NCBI GenBank assembly: GCA_963676835.2
Contig: CAXXFF010000003.1
Location: 512,001-576,000, forward strand
DNA: 64,000 nucleotides
Direction of reading: 5' to 3'
DNA from: Marispirochaeta sp.
GTDB lineage: Bacteria; Spirochaetota; Spirochaetia; JC444; Marispirochaetaceae
Notes under the pieces: generated by a model
Told to the model about the DNA's origin: nothing
Database searches by the model: none
What the model saw: only the letters and a program-made list of their open reading frames with translations
In this document: one piece after another, positions 1 through 9,749 of the stretch
How positions within the stretch are numbered: position 1 is the stretch's first letter
Layout: each line of letters starts with the position of its first letter
Made by a program: the position numbers and the translations under genes

Positions 1-372
1 CTGCCCCTGTTTTCTCAGAACTGTAGAAATCTTCTCAATATAATAATCAGCCGCTCTGTCTCCATCAGGTCATGGAGGGAAGAATGGAACGGCAGTATTT
101 CACTGGAATCAGCAAACAGTGCAGTGCTTATATACACCTTCATCGACTCCCTTACCGATAAAGCAGAGAACCGCTTTCTGAAAGGTCCTCTGATGAGTCA
201 GGTGATAATCCTTCTTGTGGCAGGAAGAATATATTCCGCTGATTCTGATGAAACAAAATCAATTCTGGACAAGAGTGCTGACGCCCTGGGAAAAGGGAAC
301 TCCGACGCAGCCATACAGGCCTTTGAAGAACTGGCGGATTTTCTCAGTACAAGTCTATTCGCCACTCTCTGA
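1..372 (+). CDS. 3' part of a hypothetical protein (5'-truncated by window edge)
   Basis: Frame +1 is open from base 1 (LPLFSQNCRNLL...) through the listed 124..372 ORF to TGA at 370-372. Confidence 0.65.
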   Translation: MPLFSQNCRNLLNIIISRSVSIRSWREEWNGSISLESANSAVLIYTFIDSLTDKAENRFLKGPLMSQVIILLVAGRIYSADSDETKSILDKSADALGKGNSDAAIQAFEELADFLSTSLFATL

Positions 373-1059
373 GGGAAAATCAAACAGCAGTCCAACTTCT
401 ACATCATTCTGTTTCAGGTGATCCGCAAGGGCATCTCTGGATCTGATATGATGCTCAAGCATCCGGTTCTGAGCTTCCACTGCATCTTCGTTACGTATTG
501 CCGCAAAAATATTGCGGTGTTCCTGGATGGTTTCATCGGTGGTCCGTATAAAGCCCATATGAAAAGATGTGGTAATAAGATTAAAGGTCTGTATGAATTT
601 TTCAAACAGAAGATTTCCCGATTCAAGCAGCACAGTCCGGTGAAACTCACGGTCAACAATCTGAAAATCCCTTGAAGATCTGGATGAGTAAGCTGTCTCC
701 AGTTTCGATTCAAACTGCAGAAGATTGTTTAACTTCTCTTTATCCCCGGATTCTATACAATGCCTTAAGGCCATACTCTCCATGGCCGCTCGGGCTTCAT
801 AGTAATCAAGCAGATACTGGGGGGTGTATTCACGGGTAAAAAATCCCTCTTTACCCCGCTTTTCAATCAGGTCTTCACCGATAAGCCGTTTAATGGCTTC
901 ATTTACCGGGGTTGGACTGACTTTCAGCTGTTCACACAGATGCGCCTTATCAATTTTTGATCCAGGTGCAATTCTTTTGTCAAAAATCATTTGCTTGAGT
1001 TCCCTGTAAACCCGGTCGCCAATAAAAACTTTCTTGATTTTTCTGAAGTTACCTGCCAT
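355..1059 (-). CDS. GntR family transcriptional regulator (FCD domain)
   Basis: N-terminal wHTH 'LCEQLKVSPTPVNEAIKRLIGEDLI'; FCD motifs 'DREFH', 'EHRNIFAAI'. Confidence 0.92.
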   Translation of the reverse strand: MAGNFRKIKKVFIGDRVYRELKQMIFDKRIAPGSKIDKAHLCEQLKVSPTPVNEAIKRLIGEDLIEKRGKEGFFTREYTPQYLLDYYEARAAMESMALRHCIESGDKEKLNNLLQFESKLETAYSSRSSRDFQIVDREFHRTVLLESGNLLFEKFIQTFNLITTSFHMGFIRTTDETIQEHRNIFAAIRNEDAVEAQNRMLEHHIRSRDALADHLKQNDVEVGLLFDFPSESGE

Positions 1060-1187
1060 AGATACAATCCGTCCTGTACATCTTTGTTATGAGTGTACAA
1101 TAAAATCCGCCTTTGTTCATCACTTTTCGTCTCTCCTTAAAATGTGTACTATTTATTGAGGCAATTTTATACTCGGGAGTTATTCAT

Positions 1188-1829
1188 ATGCTGAAGGCGG
1201 TTATTTTCGATCTTGATGGAGTTATAGTTTCCACCGACGAATACCATTACAGGGCGTGGAAGGAGCTGGCCCGTTTTCTCAATCTGCCCTTTACCCGGGA
1301 AGATAATACCCGCCAGCGCGGCGTAAGCCGCATGGAGAGCCTTGAGGTTGTCCTTGAGAAATCGGACTACCCCTACTCCGACGATGATAAGGAATATCTT
1401 GCAGCCCGTAAAAACAGCATATACCGCAACCTCCTCGAAGAGCTTGGCCCCTCGGACATACTTCCCGGAGCAAAAGAGTTTGCCGGAACTGCCCGCCACA
1501 AAGGGCTTAAAATTGCCATCGGTTCTTCTTCAAGGAACACACCTGTTATACTGCAAAAGATCGGACTGAAAAATTTCTTTGATGCCGTTGCCGATGGCAA
1601 TGATATTACCCGGTCGAAACCGGACCCTCAGGTCTTTCTAATCGCAGCGGAGCGGATTGGCATTGCACCGGAGGAGTGTATTGTAATAGAAGATGCTGAT
1701 GCCGGGATTGAAGCAGCCATAGCAGCTGGAATGAAGACTCTTGCGGTCGGCGCTGCGAGTACAAATGCGAAAGCGGATTACCGGGCTGAAGATCTTGAAA
1801 AAATTGGAATAACAGAGATCCTGCAATAG
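1188..1829 (+). CDS. pgmB: beta-phosphoglucomutase (HAD superfamily)
   Basis: 'AVIFDLDGVIVSTDEYHYRAW', 'RGVSRMESL', 'SKPDPQVF', 'IEDADAGI'; ATG at 1188 after GGGAG. Confidence 0.92.
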   Translation: MLKAVIFDLDGVIVSTDEYHYRAWKELARFLNLPFTREDNTRQRGVSRMESLEVVLEKSDYPYSDDDKEYLAARKNSIYRNLLEELGPSDILPGAKEFAGTARHKGLKIAIGSSSRNTPVILQKIGLKNFFDAVADGNDITRSKPDPQVFLIAAERIGIAPEECIVIEDADAGIEAAIAAGMKTLAVGAASTNAKADYRAEDLEKIGITEILQ

Positions 1830-2007
1830 CAGAAACTACAGTTGAATAGTGAATAAAAACCTATAAAGATAAGTACAGGATAAATTAAAAAGATTCATTC
1901 CTTTTTGTTTACAATTTTATAAACCAGTAACATTTTTACAGTCTGATCGTGTTACAGACTCTATAACCATATATCCGAGGCCCAAACGGCTGCAGCCGGA
2001 GGAAATA

Positions 2008-3075
2008 ATGAAAAACAATGTCCGATTAACCATTTCAGCAGTATTACTGCTACCCATACTTTTTGCCTCATGCGGGAACAGAGGAGAAGCATCCGCTCCT
2101 CTGGAAAACGGCAAAAAAGCTGTACCCGTACGTACAGCCCAGCTTATACCCCGTGATTTTACTGAATACGGCGAGTACTACGGAACCCTTGAACCTTCAG
2201 CAGAAGCTGTACTGACAGTCCCTGCGGGAGGCACCGTTGAAGCTATCAGTGTTCAGGTAGGAGAGTTTGTTGAAGAAAACACTTCACTGGGCTCGGTGGA
2301 GCTGGAATCCGCACTGGCCTCCTTGAGAGTGGCAGAACTGAACGAGCAGATAAGCCGAGAAACCTATCAACGGCAGAATGAACTTCTCCAGCGGGGCAAT
2401 GCGGCAAAGCTTGCGGTAGATCAGGCTGAACTGGCATGGAAAACCGCACAGGTAAATTTAATCAGTGCCAGAGAAATGTATGCCGGTGCAGAGTGCAGAA
2501 CTCCCCTGACTGGAACAGTACTATCCCGCCACATGGAGCTTTACGACGAGCTCAGCCAGGGGGCGGCAAGCTTTACGGTTGCCGATACCAGCAGCATGCG
2601 GGTTGAAATTGGAATTCCCGAAAGCGAGATAGCCGGTATAGCTCCGGGAAACAGTGCCGAAATATTTCTGGACATATACCCTGGAGAATCATGGCAGGGA
2701 ACCCTTTCCTCCCTGGACCGGCAGGTTTCTTCAGTAAGCCTCACCTTTACCGGTGAGGTGGAGATCGATAACAGCAAGGGCATCCTCTCTCCGGGACTCA
2801 CAGCAAAGATCCGTCTGGTACGCAGGGTTTTGAAAGACAGTATTGTGGTTCCCTCAGGTGCAGTTCTCAATGACGGCACAGAGAGCTACATAATGCTTGC
2901 TGAAGGCGATACAGCCAGGCGGATAACGGTTATACCCGGAGCCTCAGACGGAGACAACACGGTAATAAACTTCACCACCGGCTCACCGGAACCGGCATCG
3001 GAAGAGATTATCATTGAAGGGAATCATCTGGTCCGGGACGGCGGAAGTATAGAACGAATTCCTTTGAAAGGGTAG
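2008..3075 (+). CDS. RND efflux periplasmic adaptor (membrane fusion protein), lipoprotein
   Basis: Lipobox 'LFASC'; MFP motifs 'GTVEAISVQVGE', 'LSPGLTAKI', 'IVVPSGAV'. Confidence 0.92.
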   Translation: MKNNVRLTISAVLLLPILFASCGNRGEASAPLENGKKAVPVRTAQLIPRDFTEYGEYYGTLEPSAEAVLTVPAGGTVEAISVQVGEFVEENTSLGSVELESALASLRVAELNEQISRETYQRQNELLQRGNAAKLAVDQAELAWKTAQVNLISAREMYAGAECRTPLTGTVLSRHMELYDELSQGAASFTVADTSSMRVEIGIPESEIAGIAPGNSAEIFLDIYPGESWQGTLSSLDRQVSSVSLTFTGEVEIDNSKGILSPGLTAKIRLVRRVLKDSIVVPSGAVLNDGTESYIMLAEGDTARRITVIPGASDGDNTVINFTTGSPEPASEEIIIEGNHLVRDGGSIERIPLKG

Positions 3076-3088
3076 ACAGGTTAAAAAC

Positions 3089-6000
3089 ATGATTGCTTTT
3101 CTGATAAACAAACGTACTGCGGTTTTTACCGCATCCATACTTATAATATTCATAGGCGTAATGGCCTATATCGGTCTGCCCAGAGAAAGTACACCGGAAA
3201 TAAAGCAGCCCTGGATATTCATCAACACTATTTATGCCGGCGTATCCCCCCAGGATATAGAATCCCTGGTTACTGAACCTATCGAAGAGGCCCTGGACGG
3301 CATTGAAGGACTGGACAAGATAAGCTCCTCAAGCAGACAGAGCAGCTCTTCCATTTTTGCCCAGTTTGACGGAGATGTAGATGTTGAAACTGCACTGCGG
3401 CGGGTGAAAGACCGGGTGGATACCGCCAAGGCGGACCTGCCGGAAGACGCCGAGGATCCGACAGTAGCAGAGTTCAGCTCCACAGACTGGCCTATCTTTA
3501 TTGTGGTACTCTCCCACCCCCAGGGAGTACAGCGGATAGACACCGAAACCGACGATCTGAAAGACAAGCTTAAACGGGTTCCGGGAGTTCTGGATGTGGA
3601 TATTTCCGGAAACCTCTCCCGGGAAGTTGCCGTGGAAATAGATCCTGCAAAGCTGAAGTACTACGATCTGACACTGGATGATGTAGCTTCAGCCATAAAT
3701 TATGAAAACACTACTATTCCCGGGGGAACCCTGGAAAACTCAGCCAGGAATTATGCCCTGGCGGTAACCGGTGAGATTAAAGACAGCAGCGACTTTGGAG
3801 ATATTATCGTATCCGACGGACCCATACAGGTACCCTTAAGGGAACTTGGAACCGTGCGCTTTGCAGCTGCTGCACAGGAATCCTACTCCAGACTGGACGG
3901 GCATCCGGCTATAAGCCTGGAGATTAAAAAGAGAACAGGCAGCAATATTATAGATGTTGTAGACGCGGTTAAAGCGACTATAGATCAGTACCGCGACAGC
4001 TTTCCGGAAGGGACAGAAATTGTCTACACCTACGATGAGTCGGACTCAATCAAGGAGACAATTCTGGACCTGGAAAACAACATGTTTTCAGGCTTTGTTC
4101 TGGTACTGCTGGTTACCCTCTTTTTCCTAGGCTTCCGCAACTCACTCTTTGTATCCCTGGCCATCCCCTTTTCCATGCTTATCTCTTTCTTTATTCTGCA
4201 GATAAGCGGGGTAACCCTGAACATGGTTGTACTTTTCAGCCTGATTGTAGCCCTGGGAATGTTAGTGGATAACGGGATTGTAATAGTTGAGAATATATTC
4301 CGCCACTCATCCATGGGCAAAGACCGGGTACAGGCAACCATAGACGGAGCAAAAGAGGTTGCAGGGCCTATACTGGCCTCTACTATTACCACCTGTCTGG
4401 CATTTTTTCCCATTATTTTCATGCCCGGTATTATGGGGCAGTTTATGTCCTACGTTCCCATAACAGTAATTACCGTTCTGGGAAGCTCCCTGCTTGTAGC
4501 ACTGACTATCAATCCGGTCTTCTGTTCCCGCTTTATGTCGGTATCCGAAAAAGACCGGCAGAAGATGGTTTCCGGTTCCGGTTTTTTCAGCAAAGTGCAG
4601 AAATACTATACGGGTATACTCTGCTGGGCCATGCACCGCCCGGTACGGGTGGCCCTGGGATCGCTTTTTCTGGTAATAGCCGGGTTTGTTCTCTACGGGA
4701 TCGTAGGAAAAGAGCCCCTGTTCTTCCCCGAAACTGATCCGCCTAGCGCTATTATCAGCCTGGAAGCCCGGCAGGGAACTCCCCTGAACGAAACAGATAC
4801 CCTTGCCCGGAGAGTGGAAGAGCTGATCAGCGGAGTGGATACTTCCATGGAGCACTACCAGACAACCGCCGGAGCCTCCGGGGGAGCATCATCCAATACC
4901 GCTACTGTCCGTGTTGAATTTCTTCCCTATCTTGAGCGGAAAATAAGCGGCGTTGATTCCACGGAAAACCTGAAGGCCGCAATGGAAGGATATACCGGAG
5001 CCAAAGTCACCTTCGAAGAGGTCGAGAACGGCCCCCCCTCGGGACATCCGGTCTCCTACCGAATTACCGGCGACGAGTATGAGATTATCGGAAAGATATC
5101 GCAGCAGGTAACGGATATTCTCGAGGAGTACCCGGAGCTGAAAGGCATATCCAGCGACTATGAAGCATCCCGCCCGGAGATTGCGGTACAGATAAACAGA
5201 ACCAAGGCAGCATACTTCGGTCTTTCCACCGCTGAAATTGCCATGACCGTGCGCAATGCCATTCAGGGATCTACCGTAGGCACCTACCGGCAGGATGCCC
5301 GGGAATACGATGTAGTTCTCCGCTATGCCGATGCCTACCGCAAGGATATCAACCAGCTGAAGAATCTGATTATACCCGCAGGCAACGGCAACAGGGTCCC
5401 TCTGTCACTGGTTGCAGACCTTGAGTACCGCTCTTCCGTCGCGGTAATCAAACGGGCAGACAGGGAACGGAATGTTGAGGTGTGGGCTGATTTCAAGCCT
5501 GATGTGCAAAACAAACAGGAGATCAATAAAGACATTGCAGAGAAAATTGCCGCCCTGACTGTTCCTGCAGGCTACTACCTGGGCACCGGTGAAGGTCTTG
5601 AGATCAGGGAGGAGTCATCCACATTTCTGATCCAGGCATTTCTTATTGCCCTGTTTCTTATTCTGGTGGTACTGATTGCCCAGTTCAACTCGATTATAGA
5701 CCCCATGATAATTATCTTTTCGGTGTTCCTTTCAATGGGAGGAGTCTTCTGGGGCTATGCTCTGACAGGAATGAGCTTTATCGTAATAATGTCCGGTATC
5801 GGCTGTATCGCCCTGGCGGGGGTTGCTGTAAATAACTGTATAGTTCTGGTGGATTATACCAATCTGCTTATCAGGCAGGGAGAACACTGGAGTGATGCCC
5901 TTGTTGAAGCCGGGAGGACCAGACTGCGTCCCGTACTGCTTACGGCAATAACCACGGTGCTGGGAATGATACCCATGGCCCTGGGAATCAGCTTTGATAT

Positions 6001-6232
6001 TCACCAGTTTACCCTTCAGATAGGCAGTGAACAGTCCGAGTTCTGGAAGGCCTTCGCCTGGGCCATGATCTTCGGACTCAGCTTTGCAACCATTATGACC
6101 CTGATTGTCGTGCCGGTACTGCTGCACATAAAGTTCTCCCTGCTTCATAGAGGAGACCGTCAGATCGAGAAGATCCTTCAGGGTGCCTGTCCTGCGGGTG
6201 CGTCGGAATCCCCTCTGCCGGACAGAGTATAA
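3089..6232 (+). CDS. RND efflux permease, AcrB/AcrD/AcrF family
   Basis: 1047 aa; 'GMLVDNGIVIVENI', 'GRTRLRPVLLTAITTVLGMIP'. Confidence 0.95.
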   Translation: MIAFLINKRTAVFTASILIIFIGVMAYIGLPRESTPEIKQPWIFINTIYAGVSPQDIESLVTEPIEEALDGIEGLDKISSSSRQSSSSIFAQFDGDVDVETALRRVKDRVDTAKADLPEDAEDPTVAEFSSTDWPIFIVVLSHPQGVQRIDTETDDLKDKLKRVPGVLDVDISGNLSREVAVEIDPAKLKYYDLTLDDVASAINYENTTIPGGTLENSARNYALAVTGEIKDSSDFGDIIVSDGPIQVPLRELGTVRFAAAAQESYSRLDGHPAISLEIKKRTGSNIIDVVDAVKATIDQYRDSFPEGTEIVYTYDESDSIKETILDLENNMFSGFVLVLLVTLFFLGFRNSLFVSLAIPFSMLISFFILQISGVTLNMVVLFSLIVALGMLVDNGIVIVENIFRHSSMGKDRVQATIDGAKEVAGPILASTITTCLAFFPIIFMPGIMGQFMSYVPITVITVLGSSLLVALTINPVFCSRFMSVSEKDRQKMVSGSGFFSKVQKYYTGILCWAMHRPVRVALGSLFLVIAGFVLYGIVGKEPLFFPETDPPSAIISLEARQGTPLNETDTLARRVEELISGVDTSMEHYQTTAGASGGASSNTATVRVEFLPYLERKISGVDSTENLKAAMEGYTGAKVTFEEVENGPPSGHPVSYRITGDEYEIIGKISQQVTDILEEYPELKGISSDYEASRPEIAVQINRTKAAYFGLSTAEIAMTVRNAIQGSTVGTYRQDAREYDVVLRYADAYRKDINQLKNLIIPAGNGNRVPLSLVADLEYRSSVAVIKRADRERNVEVWADFKPDVQNKQEINKDIAEKIAALTVPAGYYLGTGEGLEIREESSTFLIQAFLIALFLILVVLIAQFNSIIDPMIIIFSVFLSMGGVFWGYALTGMSFIVIMSGIGCIALAGVAVNNCIVLVDYTNLLIRQGEHWSDALVEAGRTRLRPVLLTAITTVLGMIPMALGISFDIHQFTLQIGSEQSEFWKAFAWAMIFGLSFATIMTLIVVPVLLHIKFSLLHRGDRQIEKILQGACPAGASESPLPDRV

Positions 6233-6315
6233 GAGAATATAAGAAAGTATCAGCAAGCCGGACGGGGCAGGTGCGCTTGCCCCGGGCATGGGCTGAATGT
6301 TATAGTTGGCCGCGT

Positions 6316-8658
6316 ATGCTGAACAGAATAGCAGCTCTTACCTATTGCGGCCGTAGTTACGTGAGCCCCTCATCATCCGGGGCATTTGAAACTGAAATGA
6401 CCTTTGAAGAGGCTGCCTCCGCCTACCGCAGGATGATAGAAAGCGGCGGAATAACGAAGGACGCCCTTGAACAGGCGGCAGCCTTTCTTTTCTTCTCCGG
6501 CCGCAACTACATACTCACAGATCTTGAATCCCGACTGCTTGAGCCGACTTCCGCAAGTCCTGATATTTATGCCTATTGTGCCTACTCCCGTGCAACCGGG
6601 GATATTCCCGGGGCAATAGAGCTTATAGAACGGGGGATTGATTCTTTTCCCGATGATCCGAAACTGCCCAATGATCTGGTTCGCCTGAACATGGTACTTT
6701 CTCCCGGTACACCGCCTGCGGTGGATGGAAGTTCCCGGGCAATGGAGAGCTTTCAGGGTATCTCCTCGGCTTTGTACCTGATATTTTTTCTCTACCGCCG
6801 CCGCCTTATCACCGAACTCCCCGAGGATTTAAGCGAAACAGTCAGACAGCTTGCCACAATTGCCAAAAACTCACGGGAAGAGCTTGAAGCCCGCCTGACT
6901 GAAATAGAGTTTGCAGCTCTTTCGGGAGATTATTTAAGCCAGGAGAAATTGATAAACCGGGCTCTGAAACACAGTCCGGAAAACTTCGATATACTTGCCG
7001 AAGCCGCCCGGTTTGAACTTACCCGGGGAGAACATAAAATAGAAGGCTATTCGCCCCTTCTCTGTGCGGAAAGCATGTGTACCCTGCGGCCCTGGCACCC
7101 GGAAGGCTTTCATCTGAAAGGTCTGATTCTTACCACAAAAACCCCGGCCCTGCCGGTAGCCGGAACCATAGAAGCCTTTGAAAAAGCCTTTGCAATTGAT
7201 AACCGGGACCGTCAGATAGTTGAAGATTTCCTGGCTGGGTGCGCAGTGCTTTCCGCCGGAACAAAAAGCCCTGTGGAAAAACAGCTGTTAGGTGAATCCG
7301 CCGGTAAACTGTTAGAAGACCTCTCCCCCTATTTTCGGGATGATCCGGATTTCCTGGCAAAAACTGGCACCGTGTTTCTGGAGAACGGCCTTGTTCGGCA
7401 GGGAGAACAGCTTATAGAAGAAGCGCTGAAACGTGCGCCGGAGCTACCCGCAGTACTTGCAGCTGCAGGGTCCGCAGCGGTGGTTCAGAGTATGGAGCCC
7501 TGCAGACAGGATGATACCGCAAACCTTATGAATACGGCGGAAAAACTGTTTCTTCAGGCCTACAAAAAAGAGACCGATCCACAGCAGAGAGGTCTATACC
7601 TGCTCGGGCTGGTTAATATCTTTCAGAAAACAGAGCAGCCTGAAGAAGAACTGAAAATCCTGCATGACGGAGCCAATGAAGGTGTCCCGGCGTTGGAGAT
7701 ATATTTCCGGCTTTCCGAGATCTACCATGCCATCGGACAGACCGCGAAAGCTGTTGAAGCTTTAGAGGCGGGATACAAGGCCATGCCGGACTCGGTTGAC
7801 CTGGGGATAGAGACCGCCCGGGCCCTGAGTCAGGGGCAGGATTTTATCAGAGCGGTAGATATTGCCGATACCCTTGCCTCCCGCTACCCCAATGCGCCGT
7901 GGATATTCAACCAGTTAGGCATAATCTACGTTGAATGGGGCAATGCCCTTGAAGAAGAAGATACAGAAAAGTCAGATAAATACCGCATAGCATCCAAGGC
8001 ATTTTCCCGGGCCTGCGACCTGGATACCCGTGAAGCCACCTACCGCAGCAATTACGGCGACTCCCTGAGACTGTGCGGCGACAATGAAAAGGCCCAGGCA
8101 GAACTTAAAGAGAGCCTTAAAATTAAACCGGAAGACCCCTTTACCCTGAATGCCCTGGGGCTTATTCAGAGTCATTATGCCCGGCACCAGAAAACACGGG
8201 ATAAACAGGAAGAGTTTATCCTTGAAGCAGAGCATTATTTTACCCGGGCGTCTGCGTCTGATTCCGGCAACCCCCTCTACCTGATCAACCTGGCAGATAT
8301 GTTTTATGATCTCGGCTATTTTGAAGAGACCATAGAGCTGTATCAGAAAATTATCGAGGTGGAAGATGCCTGGCAGTATTACGACATTGTCGGCCTCTGC
8401 AACTATCATATAGGCCATTACGATGAAGCGGAAAAATGGTTTACCCTTGCTCTGGAGAGGGAACCCGGTGCTGCGGAGGTTATCAATTCCCTCGGACTCT
8501 GCAGTCTGGGCAAGGGACAAATGAACCGTGCCATTGAGTATTTCAAGGAAGCATCCCTCCTTGATCCGGTTAATTCGGTCTATATTGATAACATTGCCAT
8601 GGCCCAGTACAACATGGATGGATATACCACAGACCTGGGTGACAGCCCCAGAATGTAA
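6316..8658 (+). CDS. tetratricopeptide repeat protein
   Basis: Many TPR-like units ('FNQLGIIY', 'LNALGLIQ', 'LINLADMFYDLGYFEETIELYQK', 'INSLGLCSLGKGQMNRAIEYF'); start uncertain (GTG 6271 or ATG 6316). Confidence 0.85.
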   Translation: MLNRIAALTYCGRSYVSPSSSGAFETEMTFEEAASAYRRMIESGGITKDALEQAAAFLFFSGRNYILTDLESRLLEPTSASPDIYAYCAYSRATGDIPGAIELIERGIDSFPDDPKLPNDLVRLNMVLSPGTPPAVDGSSRAMESFQGISSALYLIFFLYRRRLITELPEDLSETVRQLATIAKNSREELEARLTEIEFAALSGDYLSQEKLINRALKHSPENFDILAEAARFELTRGEHKIEGYSPLLCAESMCTLRPWHPEGFHLKGLILTTKTPALPVAGTIEAFEKAFAIDNRDRQIVEDFLAGCAVLSAGTKSPVEKQLLGESAGKLLEDLSPYFRDDPDFLAKTGTVFLENGLVRQGEQLIEEALKRAPELPAVLAAAGSAAVVQSMEPCRQDDTANLMNTAEKLFLQAYKKETDPQQRGLYLLGLVNIFQKTEQPEEELKILHDGANEGVPALEIYFRLSEIYHAIGQTAKAVEALEAGYKAMPDSVDLGIETARALSQGQDFIRAVDIADTLASRYPNAPWIFNQLGIIYVEWGNALEEEDTEKSDKYRIASKAFSRACDLDTREATYRSNYGDSLRLCGDNEKAQAELKESLKIKPEDPFTLNALGLIQSHYARHQKTRDKQEEFILEAEHYFTRASASDSGNPLYLINLADMFYDLGYFEETIELYQKIIEVEDAWQYYDIVGLCNYHIGHYDEAEKWFTLALEREPGAAEVINSLGLCSLGKGQMNRAIEYFKEASLLDPVNSVYIDNIAMAQYNMDGYTTDLGDSPRM

Positions 8659-8671
8659 TAAACCAGACTGA

Positions 8672-8701
8672 TTGACACACCGCCACAGGATATGCTTTTA
8701 T
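8672..8701 (+). promoter_or_regulatory. putative sigma70 promoter of the tRNA
   Basis: TTGACA (8672-8677), 18-bp spacer, TGc-TTTTAT extended -10, shortly upstream of the tRNA. Confidence 0.45.
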
Positions 8702-8714
8702 ATACGCTCAGTAA

Positions 8715-8788
8715 GGGCCTATAGCTCAGTTGGTTAGAGCAACGGACTCATAATCCGTGGGTCGTAGGTTCAAGTCCTACTGGGCCCA
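8715..8788 (+). tRNA. tRNA with CAT anticodon, most likely tRNA-Ile2 (lysidine type); CCA not encoded
   Basis: GGGCCTATAGCTCAGTTGGTTAGAGCA-ACGGA-CTCATAA-TCCGT-GGGTC-GTAGGTTCAAGTCCTAC-TGGGCCCA folds as a cloverleaf; lacks initiator features. Confidence 0.93.
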
Positions 8789-8795
8789 AATGAAC

Positions 8796-8829
8796 AAAGC
8801 GTTTCACCGAAAGGTGGGACGCTTTTTTT
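8796..8829 (+). terminator. Rho-independent terminator after the tRNA
   Basis: AAAGCGTTTCACC-GAAA-GGTGGGACGCTTT followed by a T-run. Confidence 0.8.
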
Positions 8830-8842
8830 ATTTGGGTAGGGA

Positions 8843-8984
8843 CCCAGTAGGACTTGAAACGGAGGAGCGGCGCGAACCGGTGAGCGCAAATCGTCATGGA
8901 TGGCGATTTAGTGACGCAAGCGGCCTGTAAGGAAGCGGCACGATGCCGCTGACTGAAAGGCAAGTCCTACTGCACGTCTCACCA
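8843..8984. repeat. tRNA-linked repeat element bounded by copies of the tRNA 3' arm
   Basis: 8843-8858 is the exact reverse complement of tRNA 8769-8784; 8961-8972 is a direct copy of tRNA 8771-8782; two internal hairpins. Confidence 0.7.
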
Positions 8985-9285
8985 ATGACCCTTTTCAACC
9001 CACCCCAATACTATCAATCTTAAAAAACGTCCTTAACCCGAGTACTGTCACCCCTGAGAGTTTTCAATTAATTCTGACTTTATACTGCATGACACGTTTT
9101 GCTCTTCAACCTCAATTCAGGAGCAATAAAGTGACCTTTTGCCTGGTAAAATGGAAATATATAATATTTGAGTTATACTCTCAGATAAGTTGAAATCAAG
9201 AAATATTATTCAAAAACAGACAGACACTAAAGGGAGTACTTGTGCTTGTTTTACTAATACCTTTTACCTTTTGGCGGGCTAAAAA

Positions 9286-9522
9286 ATGTTAGGCATGGTT
9301 GTTCTCAGAAAGGGCAATCGTCTTGTTTTGAAACATTGTGAAGGGCTTGTTGTCCTGGAGTTGAAATCACTTTCAACTGTCCAGCCTGGAGAGTTGATAA
9401 ACGGGACAATGAATTGTAAAGGTGAGGCAGACTTATCCCGAACAGATTCAGGGGAAGCAATGCAGGTAGTAATACTTGAGCCCGATTGTTGTGTAGAAAA
9501 GGTCCGCCTTTATTTAAATTGA
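9286..9522 (+). CDS. small hypothetical protein
   Basis: 78-aa ORF with beta-strand-like composition in otherwise empty AT-rich DNA. Confidence 0.5.
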   Translation: MLGMVVLRKGNRLVLKHCEGLVVLELKSLSTVQPGELINGTMNCKGEADLSRTDSGEAMQVVILEPDCCVEKVRLYLN

Positions 9523-9749
9523 TTCCACACAAGGACAAAAGGTATGAACCGCTCGATCCGCCTACACTTGTGCCGCAGTTGACAATTCGCCCTTTTTACC
9601 CCAGAGTAAACTCATTATGAACGCATAAAAATCACCTGAAGCATTTTTGTGTATTCCGATGATTTCGGACAGTGATTCCGGCGGAAAACGGACAGCTGCC
9701 TGAAGGAAGTAAATCCTCGTCTTCAGTATGATCAGGTGTCCGTTTTGCG

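Noticed and set aside
1061..1150. TGTACA hexamers between gntR and pgmB as a GntR operator
   Set aside because: Short 6-bp palindromes; plausible but too weak to call
8715..8788. Calling the CAT tRNA an initiator Met tRNA
   Set aside because: G1-C72 is paired and the anticodon stem lacks three consecutive G-C pairs; the sequence pattern fits Ile2 better (elongator Met not fully excluded)
8748..8963. 71-aa minus-strand ORF
   Set aside because: Antisense to the tRNA, terminator and repeat element; 'GPVGLEPTTHGL' is the typical reverse translation of a tRNA
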